Shown here piece after piece: positions 53,747 through 64,000 of a DNA stretch of 64,000 nucleotides. Under the pieces are notes generated by a model that was not told the origin of the DNA, did not search any database, and saw only the letters and a list, made by a program, of their open reading frames with translations. Source of the DNA: the human T2T-CHM13v2.0 reference genome, Homo sapiens; NCBI RefSeq assembly GCF_009914755.1, contig NC_060937.1; one strand, given 5' to 3'. Numbering within the stretch: position 1 is the stretch's first letter; every line of letters starts with the position of its first letter. The translations under genes were made by a program, and so were the position numbers.

Positions 53747-56700
53747 TTTTTTTTTTTTTTAAGCGCAACGCAACATGTCTGCCTTATTTGAGTGGCTTCC
53801 TATATCATTATAATTGTGTTATAGATGAAGAAACGGTATTAAACACTGTGCTAATGATAGTGAAAGTGAAGACAAAAGAAAGGCTATCTATTTTGTGGTT
53901 AGAATAAAGTTGCTCAGTATTTAGAGCTACCTAAATACGTCAGCATTTACACTCTTCCTAGTAAAAGCTGGCCAATCTGAATAATCCTCCTTTAAACAAA
54001 CACAATTTTTGATAGGGTTAAGATTTTTTTAAGAATGCGACTCCTGCAAAATAGCTGAACAGACGATACACATTTAAAAAAATAACAACACAAGGATCAA
54101 CCAGACTTGGGAAAAAATCGAAAACCACACAAGTCTTATGAAGAACTGAGTTCTTAAAATAGGACGGAGAACGTAGCTATCGGAAGAGAAGGCAGTATTG
54201 GCAAGTTGATTGTTACGTTGGTCAGCAGTAGCTGGCACTATCTTTTTGGCCATCTTTCGGGCAATGTAACTACTACAGCAAAATGAGATATGATCCATTA
54301 AACAACATATTCGCAAATCAAAAAGTGTTTCAGTAATATAATGCTTCAGATTTAGAAGCAAATCAAATGATAGAACTCCACTGCTGTAATAAGTCACCCC
54401 AAAGATCACCGTATCTGACAAAATAACTACCACAGGGTTATGACTTCAGAATCATACTTTCTCTTGATATTTACTTATGTATGTATTTATTTTTTTTAAT
54501 TTATTTCTCTTGAGACGGCGTCTCGCTCTGTCGCCCAGGCTGGAGTGCGATGGTGTGATCTCGGCTCACTGCAACCGCCACCTCCCTGGGTTCAAGCGAT
54601 TCTCCTGCCTCAGCCTCCCGAGTAGCTGGGACTACAGGTGCCCGCCACCACGCCCAGCTAATCTTTATACTTTTAATAGAGACGGGGTTTCACCGTGTCG
54701 GCCCGGATGGTCTCGATCTCTTGACCTCGTGACCCGCCCGCCTCGGCCTCCCAAAGTGCTGGGATGACAGGCGTGAGCCACTGAGCCCGGCCTTCTCTTG
54801 ACGTTTAAACTATGAAGTCAGTCCAGAGAAACGCAATAAATGTCAACGGTGAGGATGGTGTTGAGGCAGAAGTAGGACCACACTTTTTCCTATCTTATTC
54901 AGTTGATAACAATATGACCTAGGTAGTAATTTCCTATGTGCCTACTTATACACGAGTACAAAAGAGTAAAACAGAGAGACTGCTAAATTAAAGGGTACGT
55001 GAAGTTCTTCATAGTAACTCCGTAAACTGGAACACTGTCAAAAAGCAGCAGCTAGTGAATTGTTTCCATGTATTTTTCTATGATCCAATAAGTGAACTAT
55101 GCTATTCCTTTCCAGTCTCCCAAGCACTTCTTGTCCCCATCACCACTTCGGTGCTCGAAGAAAAAGTAACAAATCAAGGAACACAACTAAAGAAACACAC
55201 ACACAAACCAAAGACAACTACAGCGTCTGCAAAAGTTTGCTAGAAGACTGAAACTGTTGAGTATAAGGATCTGGTATTCTACGATGATCATGAGTTCACT
55301 TCAGAGTTTGTTCAAGACATACGTTTCGTAAGGAAACATCTTAGTTAGAAGTTATTCAGCAGTAGGTACCATCCCTAAGTATTTTTCACCAAATTCGTGA
55401 CAATAAAGAGCTATCTAACCAGAAAAATTAGCGAGTACCGGCACCATCCATAGGGCTTTGTCTTTACGCTTCATTAGCACTTACCATGCCTTACAATGTC
55501 TAGGATTGACCCTGATAGCATTTCGAAAACAAGCTAATGCTTTGTCCAGTTCTTCAGTGAAGACAAGCTCACGCCCTAATGCGCTATAGGCATAAGCATC
55601 ATTTGGATCCACTTCGAGAGTTCTCTGGAAGAATTGAATCGCAATATCGTGTTCCCGTTGCAGACCGAAACAGTTCCCTGCAGCACACCAGGCCTCTGGC
55701 TGGCGAATTTTTATCCATGTCTGTGAAGTCTTTGGACAGAACTGAAAGAGCAACCTCTTTCGGAGGATGCCAAAGTGTTGTAGAGTAGATCTCCATGCCT
55801 TCGACTCTGTAATTCTCAATCCTCCTAACCTCTGAGAATTGTCTTTCAGCTTGCGTGGACTCTGAAAGTTTACAATAGGCCCTTCCGATTTGGCACAGTA
55901 CCCAACCGGTATTGCGGTGGTGAGAAGCTAGATGGCTCAAGATGCTGATAGCTTCTTTGCCGTGGTAAGAACACAAAGCTAAATAACCTTTCCCCCTTTC
56001 ACGAAGAAGGCTCATCAAGCCTTCCGCTGCTGCTTTTTGTAGATTAAAAGCCTGAATCTGAGGCGCGATTGCGGCTATTTCCCCTTCTGAAATGACGGAA
56101 GAGTCCAATTTTGTCACTTCCAGGCTATCACTTATGTTCGGTGGAGTTATTGCTCCTTTATTAGTTTTACTTTTGGTTCTTCTGTTTGGGATTTTAGGTG
56201 GAAACTTCATTTTTAATTTTCTCCTATTCTCCTCGGTTGTGGAGCTGTCACTAGTCAAGAGTCGTGAATTTCTTCGAGGCGGTGCATTTGGGGGAGATGC
56301 CATAGTGGGGCTCAATACCTGAGGTGTTGCCCTTGTCGGCGGACCAGAACTTTGTGTTTTTGCAAGGACTGGAGTTACCTTTCGGCTCTTTCCCCTCTGC
56401 GAGAAGACAGACGGTGTTCCGGTTTGGCCGATTCTGGCAACAGGCTTTTTTGAAGGGGCTCCGGTGGATGGCACGTCAATGACAGACGGTGTCTCATACC
56501 AGTGCAGTTTTGTCAATAGGGTCCGTCTCCGGGACTTGGGGTTTCTAATGGCAAAATGCCAACACTTGGGGTTAATGGACTAACAGCTGCTGGTCCTCCT
56601 AATAAACTTCGACCAGGTTTTGGTTTATGTTGAACCTGTTTAGATCATATGGAAGTTCCTGTTCCCAGTGGGACAGTATCAGGTGAAAGGACAGCTGAAT

Positions 56701-57549
56701 CGATAGAAGACACTGGGGAGTCTGTATTCAAGGAGTACTTTGAATTGGAAGATTCTAAATTCCATCCGTTTCATTGGACGGTGTCCTGGGGTGTTTCCGT
56801 AAGAACGGTCTCGGGCTGTCTGTGACATAAACTAGGACGAGGTCCAAGTGTTGCGGCGCAACACTTGGACAGGCAGTTGCTAAAGCTCTCTAGAGAGGTG
56901 AATCAAAATGTTTGGTCAGGATCTGGCTTTTCCCCCCTATTTCACATCATGATTCAAAGGGACACCAGAGGAAAGGATTTCAACGAAGGCTCTTTTGGTC
57001 ACATTCTGATCCTTTGGTAAGCCGATCTGTCTTGCAATATACATGTCCCGACGATGGAAGGGGAAAGCGAGCTGAATCACCAAACTCAGGAACGATAATA
57101 TCATCGTGGCTTTTCTGCTTATGAAACACTCCACCCGATAAGATTTGATCCCCTTCTGCAAGCTTGCTGAGATCAACACAACATTTCGCAAGCAGGCATT
57201 TGCATTGCGGGGTAGTACAACTGTGTCCTTTCAAGAGTCTATATGTTTTATAGGCCTTTCCTGAGCGGTAAGAACAGGTCGCCAGTAAGAACAAGGCTTC
57301 TTCTGAGTGTACTTCTGCATAAAGGCGTTCTGCGGGGGAAACCGCATCTCGGTAGGTAGGCATAGTGGTTTAGTGCTTGCCATATAGCAGCCTGGACGGG
57401 TCCCTGCAGCACCGCCATCCTCGAGGCTCAGGCCCACTTTCTGCAGTGCCTCAGGCACCCCCCCCCCCCCCCATAGCGGCTCCGGCCCGGCCAGCCCCGG
57501 CTCATTTAAAGGCACCAGCCGCCGTTACCGGGGGATGGGGGAGTCCGAG
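53747..57549 (-). pseudogene. CDC27P: CDC27 processed pseudogene, second copy
   Basis: Same as 6777-10579 shifted by 46970. Confidence 0.95.
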
Positions 57550-58241
57550 ACAGAATGACTTCTTTATCCTGCTGACTCTGGAAAGCCCGGCGCCTTGTGA
57601 TCCATTGCAAACCGAGAGTCACCTCGTGTTTAGAACACGGATCCACTCCCAAGTTCAGTGGGGGGATGTGAGGGGTGTGGCAGGTAGGACGAAGGACTCT
57701 CTTCCTTCTGATTCGGTCTGCACAGTGGGGCCTAGGGCTGGAGCTCTCTCCGTGCGGACCGCTGACTCCCTCTACCTTGGGTTCCCTCGGCCCCACCCTG
57801 GAACGCCGGGCCTTGGCAGATTCTGGCCCTTCCTGGCCCTTCAGTCGCTGTCAGAAACCCCATCTCATGCTCGGATGCCCCGAGTGACTGTGGCTCGCAC
57901 CTCTCCGGAAACATTGGAAATCTCTCCTCTACGCGCGGCCACCTGAAACCACAGGAGCTCGGGACACACGTGCTTTCGGGAGAGAATGCTGAGAGTCTCT
58001 TGCCGACTCTCTCTTGACTTGAGTTCTTCGTGGGTGCGTGGTTAAGACGTAGTGAGACCAGATGTATTAACTCAGGCCGGGTGCTGGTGGCTCACGCCTG
58101 TAACCCCAACACTTTGGGAGGCCGAGGCCGTAGGATCCCTCGAGGAATCGCCTAACCCTGGGGAGGTTGAGGTTGCAGTGAGTGAGCCATAGTTGTGTCA
58201 CTGTGCTCCAGTCTGGGCGAAAGACAGAATGAGGCCCTGCC

Positions 58242-58273
<32 letters not shown>

Positions 58274-58688
58274 AAAGACAACAGCTGTATTATGTTCTTC
58301 TCAGGGTAGGAAGCAAAAATAACAGAATACAGCACTTAATTAATTTTTTTTTTTCCCTTCGGACGGAGTTTCACTCTTGGTGCCCACGCTGGAGTGCAGT
58401 GGCACCATCTCGGCTCACCGCAACCTCCACCTCCTGCGTTCAAGCGATTCTCCTGCCTCAGCCTCCTGAGTAGCTGGGATTACAGGGAGGAGCCACCACA
58501 CCCGGCTGATTTTGTATTGTTAGTAGAGACGGCATTTCTCCATGTGGGTCAGGCTGGTCTCGAACTGGCGACCCCAGTGGATCTGCCCGCCCCGGCCTCC
58601 CAAAGTGCTGGGGTGACAGGCGTGAGCCATCGTGACTGGCCGGCTACGTTTATTTATTTATTTTTTTAATTATTTTACTTTTTTTTAG

Positions 58689-58947
<259 letters not shown>

Positions 58948-60190
58948 TAGCCAGGATGGTCTCGATCTCCTGACCCCGTGATCCGTCCACCTCGGCCTCC
59001 CAAAGTGCTGGGATGACAGGCGTGAGCCACCGCCCCCGGCCTATTTATCTATTTATTAACTTTGAGTCCAGGTTATGAAACCAGTTAGTTTTTGTAATTT
59101 TTTTTTTTTTTTTTTTTTTTTGAGACGAGGTTTCACCGTGTTGCCAAGGCTTGGACCGAGGGATCCACCGGCCCTCGGCCTCCCAAAAGTGCGGGGATGA
59201 CAGGCGCGAGCCTACCGCGCCCGGACCCCCCCTTTCCCCTTCCCCCGCTTGTCTTCCCGACAGACAGTTTCACGGCAGAGCGTTTGGCTGGCGTGCTTAA
59301 ACTCATTCTAAATAGAAATTTGGGACGTCAGCTTCTGGCCTCACGGACTCTGAGCCGAGGAGTCCCCTGGTCTGTCTATCACAGGACCGTACACGTAAGG
59401 AGGAGAAAAATCGTAACGTTCAAAGTCAGTCATTTTGTGATACAGAAATACACGGATTCACCCAAAACACAGAAAGCAGTCTTTTAGAAATGGCCTTAGC
59501 CCTGGTGTCCGTGCCAGTGATTCTTTTCGGTTTGGACCTTGACTGAGAGGATTCCCAGTCGGTCTCTCGTCTCTGGACGGAAGTTCCAGATGATCCGATG
59601 GGTGGGGGACTTAGGCTGCGTCCCCCCAGGAGCCCTGGTCGATTAGTTGTGGGGATCGCCTTGGAGGGCGCGGTGACCCACTGTGCTGTGGGAGCCTCCA
59701 TCCTTCCCCCCACCCCCTCCCCAGGGGATCCCAATTCATTCCGGGCTGACACGCTCACTGGCAGGCGTCGGGCATCACCTAGCGGTCACTGTTACTCTGA
59801 AAACGGAGGCCTCACAGAGGAAGGGAGCACCAGGCCGCCTGCGCACAGCCTGGGGCAACTGTGTCTTCTCCACCGCCCCCGCCCCCACCTCCAAGTTCCT
59901 CCCTCCCTTGTTGCCTAGGAAATCGCCACTTTGACGACCGGGTCTGATTGACCTTTGATCAGGCAAAAACGAACAAACAGATAAATAAATAAAATAACAC
60001 AAAAGTAACTAACTAAATAAAATAAGTCAATACAACCCATTACAATACAATAAGATACGATACGATAGGATGCGATAGGATACGATAGGATACAATACAA
60101 TACGATACGATACAATACAATACAATACAATACAATACAATACAATACAATACAATACAATACGCCGGGCGCGGTGGCTCATGCCTGTCA

Positions 60191-60442
<252 letters not shown>

Positions 60443-60698
60443 TCAAAAATAAATACATAAATAAATACATACATACATACATACATACATAAATTAAAAT
60501 AAATAAATAAAATAAAATAAATAAATGGGCCCTGCGCGGTGGCTCAAGCCTGTCATCCCCTCACTTTGGGAGGCCAAGGCCGGTGGATCAAGAGGCGGTC
60601 AGACCAACAGGGCCAGTATGGTGAAACCCCGTCTCTACTCACAATACACAACATTAGCCGGGCGCTGTGCTGTGCTGTACTGTCTGTAATCCCAGCTA

Positions 60699-60992
<294 letters not shown>

Positions 60993-61264
60993 TTAACTTC
61001 ATTTTATGTTATTATCGTGATTGATGTTTCGAGACGGAGTCTCGGAGGCCCGCCCTCCCTGGTTGCCCAGACAACCCCGGGAGACAGACCCTGGCTGGGC
61101 CCGATTGTTCTTCTCCTTGGTCAGGGGTTTCCTTGTCTTTCTTCGTGTCTTTAACCCGCGTGGACTCTTCCGCTCGGGTTTGACAGATGGCAGCTCCACT
61201 TTAGGCCTTGTTGTTGTTGGGGACTTTCCTGATTCTCCCCAGATGTAGTGAAAGCAGGTAGATT

Positions 61265-61294
61265 TGCCTTGCCTGGACTTGCCTGGCCTTGCCT
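61265..61294. promoter_or_regulatory. RGC p53 element, second copy
   Basis: Same 30-mer as 14295-14324. Confidence 0.85.
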
Positions 61295-61672
61295 TTTCTT
61301 TCTTTCTTTCTTTATTACTTTCTCTTTTTCTTCTTCTTCTTCTTCTTCTTCTTCTTCTTCTTCTTCTTCTTCTTCTTCTTCTTTTTTTTTTGAGACAGAG
61401 TTTCACTCTTGTTGCCCAGGCTAGAGGGCAATGGTGCGATCTCGGCTCACCGCACCCTCCGCCTCCCAGGTTCAAGCGATTCTCCTGCCTCAGCCTCCTG
61501 ATTAGCTGGGATTACAGGCATGGGCCACCGTGCCTGGCTGATGTTTGTACTTTTAGTAGAGACGGTGTTTTTCCATGTTGGTCAGGCTGGTCTCCCACTC
61601 CCAACCTCAGGTGGTCCGCCTGCCTTAGCCTCCCAAAGTGCTGGGATGACAGGCGTGAGCCACCGCGCCCAG

Positions 61673-61723
<51 letters not shown>

Positions 61724-62374
61724 CGCTCGCTTGCTTGCTTGCTTTCGTGCTTTCTTGCTTTCCCGTTTTCTTGCTTTCTTTCTTTCTTTCGTTTCTTTCA
61801 TGCTTGCTTTCTTGCTTGCTTGCTTGCTTTCGTGCTTTCTTGCTTTCCTGTTTTCTTTTTCTTTCTTTCTTTCTTTCTTTCTTTTGTTTCTTTCTTGCTT
61901 GCTTTCTTGCTTGCTTGCTTGCTTTCGTGCTTTCTTGCTTTCCTGTTTTCTTTCTTTCTTTCTTTCTTTTGTTTCTTTCTTGCTTGCTTTCTTGCTTGCT
62001 TGCTTTCGTGCTTTCTTGTTTTCTCGCTTTCTTTCTTTCTTTTGTTTCTTTCCTGCTTGCTTTCTTGCTTGATTGCTTTCGTGCTTTCTTGCTTTCTTGT
62101 TTTCTTTCTTTCTTTTGTTTCTTTCTTTCTTGCTTCCTTGTTTTCTTGCTTTCTTGCTTGCTTGCTTTCGTGCTTTCTTGTTTTCTTGCTTTCTTTCTTT
62201 TGTTTCTTTCTTGCTTGCTTTCTTGCTTCCTTGTTTTCTTGCTTTCTTGCTTGCTTGCTTTCGTGCTTTCTTTCTTGCTTTCTTTTCTTTCTTTCTTTTC
62301 TTTTTCTTTCTTTCTTGCTTTCTTTTCTTTCATTCATTCATTCTTTCTTTCTTTCCTTTCTTTCTTTCTTTCTT

Positions 62375-62409
<35 letters not shown>

Positions 62410-62424
62410 GTTTCGTCCTTTTGA

Positions 62425-62574
<150 letters not shown>

Positions 62575-63787
62575 TGATGTTTGTGTTTTTAGTAGGCACG
62601 CCGTGTCTCTCCATGTTGCTCAGGCTGGTCTCCAACTCCCGACCTCCTGTGATGCGCCCACCTCGGCCTCTCGAAGTGCTGGGATGACGGGCGTGAGCCA
62701 CCGTGCCCGGCCTGTTGACTCATTTCGCTTTTTTATTTCTTTCGTTTCCACGCGTTTACTTATATGTATTAATGTAAACGTTTCTGTACGCTTATATGCA
62801 AACAACGACAACGTGTATCTCTGCATTGAATACTCTTGCGTATGGTAAATACGTATCGGTTGTATGGAAATAGACTTCTGTATGATAGATGTAGGTGTTT
62901 GTGTTATACAAATAAATACACATCGCTCTATAAAGAAGGGATCGTCGATAAAGACGTTTATTTTACGTATGAAAAGCGTCGTATGTATGTGTGTAAATGA
63001 ACGAGCGTACGTAGTTATCTCTGTTTTCTTTCTTCCTCTCCTTCGTGTTTTTCTTCCTTCCTTTCTTCCTTTCTCTCCTTCTTTAGGTTTTTCTTCCTCT
63101 CTTCCTTTCCTTCTTTCTCTCTTTCTGTCCTTTTTTCCTTCGTGCTTTATTTCTCTTTCGTTCCCTGTGTTTCCTTCTTTTTTCTTTCCTCTCTGTTTCT
63201 TTTTCCCTTCTTTCCTTCGTTTCTTTCCTCATTCTTTCTCTCTTTTTCGTGTTTCTTTCCTTCCCGTCTGTCTTTTAAAAAATGGAGTGTTTCAGAAGTT
63301 TACTTTGTGTATCTACGTTTTCTAAATTGTCTCTCTTTTCTCCATTTTCTTCCTCCCTCCCTCCCTCCCTCCCTTCCTGCTCCCTTCCCTCCCTCCTTCC
63401 CTTTCGCCATCTGTCTCTTTTCCCCACTCCCCTCCCCCCGTCTGTCTCTGCGTGGATTCCGGAAGAGCCTACGCATTCTGCCTCTCCGTGTGTCTGCAGC
63501 GACCCGCGACCGAGTCCTTGTGTGTTCTTTCTCCCTCCCTCCCTCCCTCCCTCCCTCCCTCCCTGCTTCCGAGAGGCATCTCCAAACACCCACGCGCCGT
63601 GGGTTGTCTTCTGACTCTGTCGCGGTCGAGGCAGAGACGCGTTTTGGGCACCGTTTGTGTGGGGTTGGGGCAGAGGGGCTGCGTTTTCGGCCTCGGGAAG
63701 AGCTTCTCGACTCACGGTTTCGCTTTCGCGGTCCACGGGCCGCCCTGCCAGCCGGATCTGTCTCGCTGACGTCCGCGGCGGTTGTCG

Positions 63788-63806
63788 GGCTCCATCTGGC
63801 GGCCGC
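63788..63806 (-). promoter_or_regulatory. CTCF motif upstream of the next unit's promoter
   Basis: Same as 16818-16836. Confidence 0.7.
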
Positions 63807-64000
63807 TTTGAGATCGTGCTCTCGGCTTCCGGAGCTGCGGTGGCAGCTGCCGAGGGAGGGGACCGTCCCCGCTGTGAGCTAGGCAGAGCTCCGGAAAGCC
63901 CGCGGTCGTCAGCCCGGCTGGCCCGGTGGCGCCAGAGCTGTGGCGCGTCGCTTGTGAGTCACAGCTCTGGCGTGCAGGTTTATGTGGGGGAGAGGCTGTC

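Overview
This window is human ribosomal DNA (an acrocentric NOR array). It holds one complete 45S/47S transcription unit on the + strand: TSS at 17703, 18S at 21358-23226, 5.8S at 24309-24465 and 28S at 25634-30718. Intergenic spacer (IGS) lies on both sides, and the tandem period is 46,970 bp (1-17030 recurs at 46971-64000). The IGS contains a Sal-box terminator array with four R repeats, two Long Repeats with CT-rich blocks, many Alus, a CDC27 processed pseudogene, the RGC p53 site and CTCF-like motifs. No credible intact protein-coding gene is present; the long ORFs are low-complexity or GC-rich artefacts. I see no new gene system. The most interesting signals are: (1) a diverged, co-oriented GCTGAC-plus-CTCF-motif module present three times in the IGS; (2) the same left-arm substitution (GGATTACA to GGATGACA) in most IGS Alus; (3) a CDC27 retrocopy that leaves the coding frame at a splice donor and is bounded by a 16-bp TSD; (4) a long unit explained by two recent duplications; (5) apparently identical neighbouring units, which may be an assembly-model effect. 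Coordinates were read by eye, and Alu and simple-repeat boundaries are approximate.
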